In this document: one piece after another, positions 1-7,723 of the stretch | Numbering within the stretch: position 1 is the stretch's first letter | How the letters are laid out: the number at the start of each line of letters is the position of its first letter | NCBI GenBank assembly: GCA_001781445.1 | Contig: MFLB01000034.1 | Span: forward strand, 17,793-81,792 | Direction of reading: 5' to 3' | From: Candidatus Kaiserbacteria bacterium RIFCSPHIGHO2_01_FULL_58_22 | GTDB lineage: Bacteria > Patescibacteriota > Minisyncoccia > Phycocordibacterales > UBA2100 | Length of the DNA: 64,000 nucleotides | The notes under the pieces: generated by a model | Told to the model about the DNA's origin: nothing | Databases searched by the model: none | The model's input: the letters and a program-made list of their open reading frames with translations, nothing else | Translations under genes and position numbers: made by a program

Positions 1-47
1 TTTCGGCTCTTGACTGGCGGCGCGGATGCGCCATACTTTCCCGCATT

Positions 48-776
48 ATGAAAAGCACCTACGCGTGGGTCGTGGCATTAGCACTAATTCTTATCGGCGG
101 ATACTGGTTTATCAATCAGAGCAAAGCGGAAGACGCCGCGGGCGATCTCGGCTCGTACGTCTACCGGTGCGAAGGCGGCGCAGAGTTCACGATGACGCCG
201 GCTTCCGACGCCTCTTCCATTCGGCTTTCGCCCGGTGCGGGCGCGAGCTTCGCCGAGACGACGCTAGTGAAAACGGAGTCGACCGCAGGAGCGCGCTACG
301 AAGGCGGGGGCGTAGTCTTTATCGGCGCGGGCGAGGGTGTGACGCTCACGACGGACGGCACGACGCTCGTCTGCGAGCCGGCGCCGAGCGCGGACGTGGC
401 GCCCTGGAACTGGGGCGACGCGGGCGAGGGCGGCGGCGAGAAGCAGGACGTCGGGCTCATCGTGAGCGAATCAATAGTCGGTAAATGGCAGAGTGTCGAT
501 GACGAGAAATTCACGCGCGAATTCAAGGCCGACGGCACGGCGGTCGACCGGTATGACAACGAAAGCGCTTCGAGCGGCACGTGGAAGGTGTTCACGAAGG
601 AGGATCCGGCGGAGGTTTTGTTCCCGATAGCAGACGACGCGGTCTACATCCAGATGACGATGCAGGGCACGCAGGCCGACAAGCTGAACTTCAAGCTCGC
701 TAAACTCACGCCCGAGGAGCTTGAGCTCGTCTACATGGATCGCGGCGGCGTTCTTCGTTTCAGGCGCGTACAGTAA
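48..776 (+). CDS. hypothetical membrane-anchored/secreted protein (N-terminal TM helix, Gly/Thr-rich)
   Basis: 242-aa ORF with a hydrophobic N-terminus (MKSTYAWVVALALILIGGYWF). First gene of the metal locus. No confident family assignment. Confidence 0.5.
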   Translation: MKSTYAWVVALALILIGGYWFINQSKAEDAAGDLGSYVYRCEGGAEFTMTPASDASSIRLSPGAGASFAETTLVKTESTAGARYEGGGVVFIGAGEGVTLTTDGTTLVCEPAPSADVAPWNWGDAGEGGGEKQDVGLIVSESIVGKWQSVDDEKFTREFKADGTAVDRYDNESASSGTWKVFTKEDPAEVLFPIADDAVYIQMTMQGTQADKLNFKLAKLTPEELELVYMDRGGVLRFRRVQ

Positions 777-947
777 GGCGCTATGGCGAAACGCAGAAGT
801 CAGGACATCAGGCGGAAGAAGTCGCGCTCGAAGAAGACCAAGAAGCGCCTTGAGGCGAAGCGGCTGATGCTTGTTGCGAAGGCCGCTGGCAGGAGGGGAA
901 TGCGCTAGCCCGCCGCTTGCGCGCTATCCCCGCGGGCGCATTGCGCG

Positions 948-964
948 ATACCCCCTAGGGGTAT
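948..964. promoter_or_regulatory. GC-tract inverted repeat ATACCCC-cta-GGGGTAT (CsoR/RcnR-type operator-like) in the promoter region of the csoR-like gene
   Basis: Imperfect palindrome read directly from the sequence, 12 bp upstream of the ATG at 976. A near-identical perfect copy is present upstream of the P-type ATPase gene at 8147-8165. Confidence 0.5.
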
Positions 965-975
965 ACAATGGCGAT

Positions 976-1245
976 ATGTATGCGGGCATAAAAAAGAATG
1001 TGCTGAATCGCCTGAAGCGCCTCGAGGGGCAGGTGCGGGGATTGCAGGCAATGGTCGCTAAGGGCGCGTACTGCGTCGACGTCATCACGCAATCCTCCGC
1101 CGTGCGGAGCGCGCTCTCCTCGGTCGAGGATCTGATGCTGGAGAACCACCTCAAGGAGCATGTCGTGCATCAGATGCGCCGCCGGCAGGAAAAGCGCGCG
1201 ATCCGCGAGATACTCGGCGTCTTCAAGCGCGCGAAGCGGAAATAA
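976..1245 (+). CDS. CsoR/RcnR/FrmR-family (DUF156) metal-sensing transcriptional repressor
   Basis: NRLKRLEGQVRGLQAMV...YCVDVITQSSAVRSAL...LENHLKEHVVH matches the CsoR-family helix bundle. The sensory residues are Cys-His-His (no second Cys). In-frame ATG at 976 chosen over the upstream extension of ORF 871-1245. Confidence 0.8.
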   Translation: MYAGIKKNVLNRLKRLEGQVRGLQAMVAKGAYCVDVITQSSAVRSALSSVEDLMLENHLKEHVVHQMRRRQEKRAIREILGVFKRAKRK

Positions 1246-1253
1246 TAACGAAT

Positions 1254-1610
1254 ATGAACCCGCAAACCGGCAGAGTGATAAGCGTCGCGCTCCTCGTCGT
1301 TTTCGTCGTTCTCGCCTCGCTAGCGTGCGTGAGCGTCGTCGTGCCCATGGCGGAACCCTGCGGCGGATCGCACGCATCTCCAGTGTTCTGCGCCGCGATA
1401 ACCTTCCACCGGACCATCGTCGGCGCGCTCCCGGCGTTCCCGGCGCTCGCGCTCATTCTCGCGATCGCGGCGCTTTTCGTGCGTTTTGAGTTCGGCCGCG
1501 CCGGCAAACATGAGTACGCGAGTCGCGTGCGCCGGCGCGCGCAGGCGGCGAGCGAGCAGGCAGGCCCGTCGCCGTTCTTGGATTTTCAAGTGATGCCGCG
1601 CGCGCCCTAG
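1254..1610 (+). CDS. possible small membrane protein (uncertain)
   Basis: ORF with two hydrophobic segments. The C-terminal tail is Arg/Ala-rich and could be a frame artefact of high GC. Confidence 0.3.
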   Translation: MNPQTGRVISVALLVVFVVLASLACVSVVVPMAEPCGGSHASPVFCAAITFHRTIVGALPAFPALALILAIAALFVRFEFGRAGKHEYASRVRRRAQAASEQAGPSPFLDFQVMPRAP

Positions 1611-1650
1611 GCGCGAGCGTTCTCGTTTACCATTTTCACCGATTCTACCT

Positions 1651-2079
1651 ATGGAACAGAACAATAATGCGTTCATTATCGGAGCCGTTGCCGTTGTTGC
1701 GGCGCTCGTGATCGGCTACTGGTTCGGCGGCGCCGCGCTCGCATATCGCATGCCTTTCGGCGGCGCGGGATACGGTCCGGGCATGATGGGCGGCGGAGGC
1801 ATGATGGGCGGAGGCATGATGGGCTGGGGCGGCTCGTATGGCATGCCCTACGGCATGCGAGGCATGATGGGCGGCTGGGATGCCCGGGAGGCGGAGTACG
1901 ACCAGTCGTTCCTCGCCGCAATGATAATGCATCATCAGGGCGCGCTCCTCATGGCGCAAGACGCTCTCTCGGAAGCGAAGCACGAGGAGCTGAAACAGCT
2001 CGCGCGGGACATCATCGAGGCACAGACGAAAGAGATAGAGCAGATGCAGGCGTGGCAGAATGCGTGGGCAAGCGAATAG
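1651..2079 (+). CDS. DUF305 family protein with N-terminal TM helix and Gly/Met-rich tract
   Basis: The C-terminus has the DUF305 signature (AMIMHHQGALLMA...EIEQMQAW). The central tract MMGGGGMMGGGMMGWGGSYGMPYGMRGMMGG is Met-rich. Confidence 0.7.
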   Translation: MEQNNNAFIIGAVAVVAALVIGYWFGGAALAYRMPFGGAGYGPGMMGGGGMMGGGMMGWGGSYGMPYGMRGMMGGWDAREAEYDQSFLAAMIMHHQGALLMAQDALSEAKHEELKQLARDIIEAQTKEIEQMQAWQNAWASE

Positions 2080-2083
2080 GCCT

Positions 2084-2551
2084 ATGCGAACCACCCACAT
2101 TGCGGCAGGCATCGTCCTCGCCGCGGCCTTGGCGGGGGTCTTCGTTCTCGCCGGCGGCGATCCGCGCTCCGGCGCGCCGGAGAAAGCGGCGGTCGCGCTC
2201 CATAAATCCGCCGCTTGCGGCTGTTGCGGCGTCTACGGCAGTTACCTGCGGCGGGAGGGGTACGGCGTCGAGGTCCACAACACGAACGACCTTGCAGCGA
2301 AGAAGCGCGAACTCGGCGTGCCGCGCGAATTGGAAAGCTGCCACACGAGCGAGGTCGGCGGCTATGTCGTCGAGGGGCACGTGCCGGAGGAGGCGATCGC
2401 GAAACTCCTTCAAGAGAAGCCGGACATCGTGGGCATCGGGATGGGCGGCATGCCTTCCGGCTCGCCGGGTATGCCGGGGCCGAAGCAGGGGCCGTTCGTC
2501 ATCTACGAGATCGGGCGCGGCTCGCTGGGCGGCGTCTTCATGACGCTCTGA
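2084..2551 (+). CDS. DUF411 / CopG-like metal-binding protein (CxCC motif)
   Basis: SAACGCCGVYGSY and ESCHTSEVGGYVVEGHVP resemble DUF411 (CopG) proteins. Start taken at the ATG at 2084, just after the DUF305 stop. Confidence 0.7.
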   Translation: MRTTHIAAGIVLAAALAGVFVLAGGDPRSGAPEKAAVALHKSAACGCCGVYGSYLRREGYGVEVHNTNDLAAKKRELGVPRELESCHTSEVGGYVVEGHVPEEAIAKLLQEKPDIVGIGMGGMPSGSPGMPGPKQGPFVIYEIGRGSLGGVFMTL

Positions 2552-2559
2552 ACGGCTAT

Positions 2560-3081
2560 ATGAAGAAACTCGCATTCTTCTCGGCGCCGCTCGTCGCGCT
2601 CGCGCCGAAGACGGCGCTCGCGCATTGTCCCCTGTGTACCGTGGGAGCAGGCGCGCTCGCGCTCTTCGCGGCATACCTCGGCGTCTCCACGGTCGTTGTC
2701 GGCGTTCTCGTCGGCGCTTTCGCGCTCGCGCTCGCGCTCTGGCTCGCGCCTATGGTGAAGAAAGAGTACGTGCCGTATCAGAAGCCGCTTATCGCCACGC
2801 TTGTCTTTCTCTCGACAGTTCTGCCCGTCATGCCGCTCATCCGGGAGTACGGCCCTCTCTACGTCTCGCTCGGCGGGGAGTACGGCACGATCTTCCACAA
2901 CACCTACACCGTAAATCTTTTCGTCCTCGGCGCGGCTCTCGGCGCCGCGCTCGTCGCTCTCGCTCCCGTCTTCAGTCGCGCGCTGACGAGAGTGCGCGGC
3001 GGGCAGATGCCCTATCAGGGCATGGCGCTCACGCTCGGGCTCCTCATTGCCGCCTCGGTCATCATTCAGGTATGGCCGTAG
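2560..3081 (+). CDS. integral membrane protein with signal peptide followed by an HCPLC motif
   Basis: MKKLAFFSAPLVALAPKTALAHCPLCTV followed by four or five TM helices. In-frame ATG at 2560 within ORF 2215-3081. Confidence 0.5.
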   Translation: MKKLAFFSAPLVALAPKTALAHCPLCTVGAGALALFAAYLGVSTVVVGVLVGAFALALALWLAPMVKKEYVPYQKPLIATLVFLSTVLPVMPLIREYGPLYVSLGGEYGTIFHNTYTVNLFVLGAALGAALVALAPVFSRALTRVRGGQMPYQGMALTLGLLIAASVIIQVWP

Positions 3082-3512
3082 GACTCGCCGAAGTACTCCT
3101 CGCCGCCTCGGCGCTCTTCTTCGTATTCCTTGCCGCGCGCGCCTTCGGCTTCAAGGCGTGCGCGGCGTGCGCCGCCTTCGCATGCGCGTGGCTCGGGCTC
3201 CTCGCGCTCCGCTACTTCGGAGAAGACATAGACCCGGCGCTCATCGGGGTCCTGATGGGCGGGAGCGTCGTCGGCGTCATGTATCTCTTGCGGGAGAAAC
3301 TGCCGGAGGAGTACCGGCTCTTCACGTTTCCCTTTCTAGCGACCTTCTTCGCGCTCGCGTATCTCCTCCTTGCAGACGTCCCCATCAAGGGAAGCGCGTA
3401 CCTTCTTCTCGCAGCGCTCTGGCTCGGGTTCGGGATAATCTTTCTCGCGCGGAACAATGAGGCGGTGAAAGGCGCGGCACAAAAGCTTATCGAGTGCTGT
3501 AAAAATTGGTAA
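3072..3512 (+). CDS. integral membrane protein (four TM helices; CAACAAFAC and C-terminal CC)
   Basis: In-frame ATG at 3072 within ORF 2625-3512. Hydrophobic throughout and overlaps the previous gene by 10 bp. Confidence 0.45.
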   Translation: MAVGLAEVLLAASALFFVFLAARAFGFKACAACAAFACAWLGLLALRYFGEDIDPALIGVLMGGSVVGVMYLLREKLPEEYRLFTFPFLATFFALAYLLLADVPIKGSAYLLLAALWLGFGIIFLARNNEAVKGAAQKLIECCKNW

Positions 3513-4402
3513 CCATGGAAACACACATGAATTATTGGAAGCTCTCGACCATCGTGCTCGCGCTCGTCGTACTCGCTGGCGTTGAGAACGCGCTTCCCGG
3601 GCGCGCGGCGCCTCCGGACGCCGCGCGCCGAAGCGTCGACATCGAAAAGCTCGCAGAGAATGTCATTCCCGAAGATGGCGTCGCGCTTCCTATCCGTTGG
3701 GGCAACCTTGGGAAGCGCATGGTGGAGGCGGGCGTGATAGATACAGATGCATTCAACCAGCTCTACGCAGGGCGCGGCGGTTTGAGCGCGCAGGGGAGCG
3801 CGATGCTCGGAGGCGACCATGGGGAACCGGTAGTTATTGGCCGGGAGAACGCGGGAGAACTCCTAAATCTATTTTGGGCATTGGGGCTCGGTAATGCGAA
3901 TCCCATTCTTGCCGACGCCGAAGAAATGATGAACCCGGCGTATGGAGGCGCGGGCGGATTCGCCGCAACCGGCGGCTGGACCCTTGCGAACGGAGATCCC
4001 ATGAACCACTACAACGCTCATGCGCTGGTCTCGATCACGCCGGAGGAGCAATCCCTGGTGGAGCGCGTGAGCGAGAACATCCACCGCCCCTGTTGCGGGA
4101 ATTCTGCGCATTTTCCCGACTGCAATCACGGGATGGCGATGCTCGGTCTCCTCGAACTCCTTGCCGCGAACGGCGCGAGCGAGGAGGAGATGTACGAAAC
4201 AGCGCTCGCCGCGAACTCATACTGGTTTCCCGACACCTACCTCGTCATCGGGCAGTACCTCGCCGAGCAAGGAACCGCATGGGAGGACGCCGACCCGAAA
4301 GAAATCCTCGGCGTTGCCTATTCAAGCGCCGAGGGCTACCAGCGCATCATGAGCATGGTCGAGGGGCCCGTGCAGAACGGGGGAGGGAGCTGTGGTGCGT
4401 AG
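3506..4402 (+). CDS. secreted/membrane-anchored hypothetical protein (HRPCCGNSAHFPDCNHG motif); its 3' end is reconstituted by the left copy of a 37-bp direct repeat
   Basis: 298-aa ORF with an N-terminal TM/signal segment. Its last 11 codons lie inside the repeat 4371-4407. Confidence 0.55.
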   Translation: MVTMETHMNYWKLSTIVLALVVLAGVENALPGRAAPPDAARRSVDIEKLAENVIPEDGVALPIRWGNLGKRMVEAGVIDTDAFNQLYAGRGGLSAQGSAMLGGDHGEPVVIGRENAGELLNLFWALGLGNANPILADAEEMMNPAYGGAGGFAATGGWTLANGDPMNHYNAHALVSITPEEQSLVERVSENIHRPCCGNSAHFPDCNHGMAMLGLLELLAANGASEEEMYETALAANSYWFPDTYLVIGQYLAEQGTAWEDADPKEILGVAYSSAEGYQRIMSMVEGPVQNGGGSCGA

Positions 4403-4407
4403 GTATC
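4371..4407 (+). repeat. 37-bp perfect direct repeat, left copy (tgcagaacgggggagggagctgtggtgcgtaggtatc)
   Basis: Identical 37-mer at 7659-7695. A further shared gtcgag hexamer lies 7 bp upstream in copy 1 and 5 bp upstream in copy 2. Confidence 0.9.
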
Positions 4408-4455
4408 CTTACATGGCAAGTCGCCAGAGATGAACAATAAGTAACGAAAACAGTC

Positions 4456-5031
4456 ATGAGCACTAAACAATTACAGATCAGCGTAATAGCGGCGCTCCTC
4501 CTTATAGGAGGCGCGTACTACTTCAGTGCAACGCCTCGAACTCCGCTCCCGCGTATCACCGACGAAATTCTCGCGGCTAAGTTTGATGTCTTGAGCAAGC
4601 GTGGCAACTCGTCGTGTTCTGCCGCGTTCGCCGACTCGATAGACACGATGGCCGATACAGCGCGGTTTCAGGGCTCGTGTTGCAGTCCGATGGATACGCA
4701 TCGCTATGAAGAACAAATCACGGGACTCACAAAATTCAAAGATATTCCAGACATACCGACAGACCCGTATGACATTGATGCCGGCTTGGCAAAAATGTTT
4801 AAAGACTACTACGATGTAGAACTTACTCCCGAAGAACAGACGGCATATGACTACGCGATACGTAATTCAAACGAGAAGGGGCCGTGCTGTTGTAAGTGCT
4901 GGAGATGGTATGTTTACGGGGGCTTGGGAAAGTTACTCATTCAGAAATACGGGTTTACCGGCGAGCAAGTTACGCAGGTCTGGGACCTTTCAGACGGTTG
5001 TGGCGGCGAGGGTGAACACGTCAATCATTAG
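4456..5031 (+). CDS. Cys-rich secreted/membrane-anchored hypothetical protein (SCCSP, GPCCCKCW, DGCGG)
   Basis: 191-aa ORF with an N-terminal TM helix and 11 Cys. Intermediate GC (~50%) compared with the flanks. Confidence 0.5.
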   Translation: MSTKQLQISVIAALLLIGGAYYFSATPRTPLPRITDEILAAKFDVLSKRGNSSCSAAFADSIDTMADTARFQGSCCSPMDTHRYEEQITGLTKFKDIPDIPTDPYDIDAGLAKMFKDYYDVELTPEEQTAYDYAIRNSNEKGPCCCKCWRWYVYGGLGKLLIQKYGFTGEQVTQVWDLSDGCGGEGEHVNH

Positions 5032-5051
5032 CGGTCATCAATGCAAAATGT

Positions 5052-5528
5052 ATGAAATACTTCTTTATCGGCATCGGGGCGCTCGTCGCTCTCGCGCTCG
5101 GGGCGACGCTCTTCACCTCGCCTTCGGATCAGAGCGGCCCGAGTGATCCGAACATCCTCGCGGTCGGCGGCATGCACTGGCATCCGAGCATTCGCATCTT
5201 CGTCAAAGGTGAGGAGGTGGAAATACCCCAGAATGTCGGCATCGGGGCAGTGCATCAACCGATGCATACGCACGACGACCTTCCCATTATTCACCTTGAA
5301 TTCCCGGCAATCGTTCGCAAGGACGACATCCGGCTTGGCCGCTTCTTCGAAATATGGGGGCGCAATATGCGCTCGTTCGGGGAGGATATGCTCCCGAGCG
5401 ACGAGCGAGGCAGTACTGAAGCCAGTGGGCTGAATGTGCGCATGACGGTGAACGGCAAAGAAAACATCGAGCACGAGAACTACGTCATGCGCGACAAGGA
5501 CGTAATAGAATTACACTACGACTACTAA
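5052..5528 (+). CDS. secreted hypothetical protein, His-rich (GMHWHP, HQPMHTHDD)
   Basis: 158-aa ORF with a signal-peptide-like N-terminus and intermediate GC. Confidence 0.5.
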   Translation: MKYFFIGIGALVALALGATLFTSPSDQSGPSDPNILAVGGMHWHPSIRIFVKGEEVEIPQNVGIGAVHQPMHTHDDLPIIHLEFPAIVRKDDIRLGRFFEIWGRNMRSFGEDMLPSDERGSTEASGLNVRMTVNGKENIEHENYVMRDKDVIELHYDY

Positions 5529-5600
5529 TGACTGAAAACCTGCGAATACGAGTCTAAGTGAGCTCCGAGTCTGATGCCGAGGGATTGTGGGCGAGAGAGC

Positions 5601-5628
5601 TATAGCGCGTTACCTATAGCGCGTTACC
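5601..5628 (+). promoter_or_regulatory. tandem 14-bp direct repeat (TATAGCGCGTTACC x2) abutting the -35 of the AbiEi-like gene; putative autoregulatory operator
   Basis: Two perfect tandem copies read from the sequence immediately upstream of TTGACT at 5629. Confidence 0.4.
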
Positions 5629-5657
5629 TTGACTAGATATTTCAGATATGATACATT
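5629..5657 (+). promoter_or_regulatory. sigma70-like promoter TTGACT-17-TACATT for the AbiEi/AbiEii-like cassette
   Basis: -35 TTGACT (5629-5634), 17-nt spacer, -10 TACATT (5652-5657), 12 nt before the ATG at 5670. Confidence 0.5.
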
Positions 5658-5669
5658 ATTGTCATAGTT

Positions 5670-6287
5670 ATGAAAAGTAAGAAAAACCTGCTGGAACAGC
5701 TGAATAATTTGCCCCATTTCACCAAAAGCACAGTGTATCAGCTCGGTAGTCAGTTAGGGTTAAAAAACAGTACGCTGAATACCTACATCAGCCGCTTTGT
5801 GAAGCGCAAGGATATTTTGCCGCTGAAAAACGGCCTGTATATCTCTGCCAAATTTTTCGCAGACAATAGAAGCGATATCTCGTACTCTTTCTACCTCGCA
5901 AACATACTCCGTACGCCATCGTACGTAAGTTCGTGGACCGCACTCCAGTACTACAATTTCACTACCGAGGCGATACGCTCCATCACGTCAATTACGTCGA
6001 AAGTCACACGGGATTACGAGACGAAGGCCGGCGCTTTTTCATATCAGTCAATCAACAGAAAACTTTTTTCGGACTACTCGCTCGTCAAAGGAAAATTTGA
6101 TTTCTACATCGCCTCGCCGTCTAAGGCGTTGTTTGACTTGCTGTACTTTAGGACGCACCAGTTCCGAGGCGTCCGGTTTGAAGACATTATAAAAATGGTA
6201 GAAGAATTGCGGATAGATATTGACGAAATGGACGAGGCGGAACGAAGCAATTTCTATGAAAAAGTAAAAGCATATCTCCATGAGTGA
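5670..6287 (+). CDS. AbiEi-like protein (type IV TA antitoxin / transcriptional regulator family; N-terminal wHTH)
   Basis: 205-aa ORF in a ~38% GC segment. Size, N-terminal HTH-like region and the 8-bp overlap with a downstream DUF1814 nucleotidyltransferase gene match AbiEi-AbiEii organisation. Confidence 0.6.
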   Translation: MKSKKNLLEQLNNLPHFTKSTVYQLGSQLGLKNSTLNTYISRFVKRKDILPLKNGLYISAKFFADNRSDISYSFYLANILRTPSYVSSWTALQYYNFTTEAIRSITSITSKVTRDYETKAGAFSYQSINRKLFSDYSLVKGKFDFYIASPSKALFDLLYFRTHQFRGVRFEDIIKMVEELRIDIDEMDEAERSNFYEKVKAYLHE

Positions 6288-7593
6288 TCGTATTATTGCC
6301 ATCTTAAAGAAAGAACTCGATGAGCTTGCCGTCCATGGCGAGTTGAGAGCTGATGTCCGTCAGAACAAGCTCAAGGAAGCACTACAGTACCTTGTTCTTG
6401 ACTTTATCTATCACCACCCAGAATACAGCAAGTGGGTAATGTATGGTGGATCAGCGTTACGCATTATTCACGGGCTTGACCGTATGTCAGTAGATTTAGA
6501 TTTTGAAGTCGCACATGATGTAGACAAAACGTTCTTGGAAGAATTGAGGAAGGAGACTGAAACGCACTTCGCAAACACATATGGAACTACCGGCGATTTT
6601 TTTACACTAAAGATAATCTCGACCAGAAGCTTGCTTCTAAAATTCAACGTCGGAAATGTTCTAGACTTTGGACATACATCTAAGCAGGTGCATGTCAAAA
6701 TTGACCTCAATCATTTTGTTGCCCCAAAGACCGTAACGGAACGTAGGCCCATTAATCACGGTCAGACATCCTTCGTGATTTTGACCTACAACAAGGGCGC
6801 ACTTATGGCGAGTAAAATTGCTGCCATACTTCTGCGCGAAGAGCGGGGTGTTGGAAATAATACATACAATTACAAAGGTCGGGATATTTATGACCTGCTC
6901 TGGTACATGAAAGAAAAAACAACACCGGATTTCGACTACCTAAATGCGAAACTTACGGAAAGGAAAAAGGCAATACCGGATATACGGACACTATTCGACA
7001 CGCTTACGGTAGACATTCTAAATTACGAAAAAATGGACGATTGTCTGAAAGACGATCTCTCATATCTCTTTGAGAATCCGCATCAGTTTGATACATGGTC
7101 ACGGACTTGGCGGGACAGTTATCTGCGATATCTTAACGACTATAAAATTCGTATCATCACCAAACTTGATAAAATTCGTGTAAACCATTGGGTTCTAATA
7201 GGGAAAGCAGATGAGCATGATTTTGAATATTGGTATAAAACAACTGAGAATAGTCTTGGGCGGATTGTATATAGATTACACGAGGACTGCATTATCTATG
7301 GGGAACATGACGTATCTGTCGAAATCGACGAAGAACTAGAAGGTCTAATTGAATTCTCGAGCAACATCCTCTATTCCAGAACAGAAGCGGAAGAAAAGAA
7401 ACTCAAACGGTACGCAACACTCTTTCACAAGAAAACAGAGAACTATTTTAAGAAAACGAATCGCGTCATGCTCGGAGATGTCATTGCTACAAAAGTCATC
7501 CGAATGACAGCTGATAATCTCAATCCAAAGGAGCAGATTTTGCTCAATCGGTCGGCGCTGGAATCCCGTGAACTAGATGACTTCTTGAAGTAA
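6280..7593 (+). CDS. AbiEii/AbiGii-family nucleotidyltransferase (DUF1814) with an ~140-aa C-terminal extension
   Basis: MYGGSALRIIHGLDRMSVDLDFEV matches the GS...[DE]xD NTase core of AbiEii toxins. At 437 aa it is longer than typical members. AT-rich codon usage. Confidence 0.7.
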   Translation: MSDRIIAILKKELDELAVHGELRADVRQNKLKEALQYLVLDFIYHHPEYSKWVMYGGSALRIIHGLDRMSVDLDFEVAHDVDKTFLEELRKETETHFANTYGTTGDFFTLKIISTRSLLLKFNVGNVLDFGHTSKQVHVKIDLNHFVAPKTVTERRPINHGQTSFVILTYNKGALMASKIAAILLREERGVGNNTYNYKGRDIYDLLWYMKEKTTPDFDYLNAKLTERKKAIPDIRTLFDTLTVDILNYEKMDDCLKDDLSYLFENPHQFDTWSRTWRDSYLRYLNDYKIRIITKLDKIRVNHWVLIGKADEHDFEYWYKTTENSLGRIVYRLHEDCIIYGEHDVSVEIDEELEGLIEFSSNILYSRTEAEEKKLKRYATLFHKKTENYFKKTNRVMLGDVIATKVIRMTADNLNPKEQILLNRSALESRELDDFLK

Positions 7594-7658
7594 AGTGAAG
7601 CGTAAATCCATGAAAAAATCGCTGATTGAAGAACTACCAAAAATTGTCGTCGAGTTCG

Positions 7659-7695
7659 TGCAGAACGGGGGAGGGAGCTGTGGTGCGTAGGTATC
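7659..7695 (+). repeat. 37-bp perfect direct repeat, right copy
   Basis: Identical to 4371-4407. Preceded by an AT-rich 26-codon ORF remnant (7610-7690, MKKSLIEELPKIVVEFVQNGGGSCGA) that ends with the same 11 residues as gene 3506-4402. Confidence 0.9.
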
Positions 7696-7723
7696 AGAAA
7701 AGTGATACATTGGAAGCAATCAT

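Noticed and set aside
2215-2559. N-terminal 115-aa extension of ORF 2215-3081 (Arg-rich) and the similar extension 19585-19803 upstream of hisG
   Set aside because: The extensions overlap the preceding genes (DUF411, yerC) in another frame and are Arg/Pro-rich. In both cases an internal ATG gives a protein of the expected family length.
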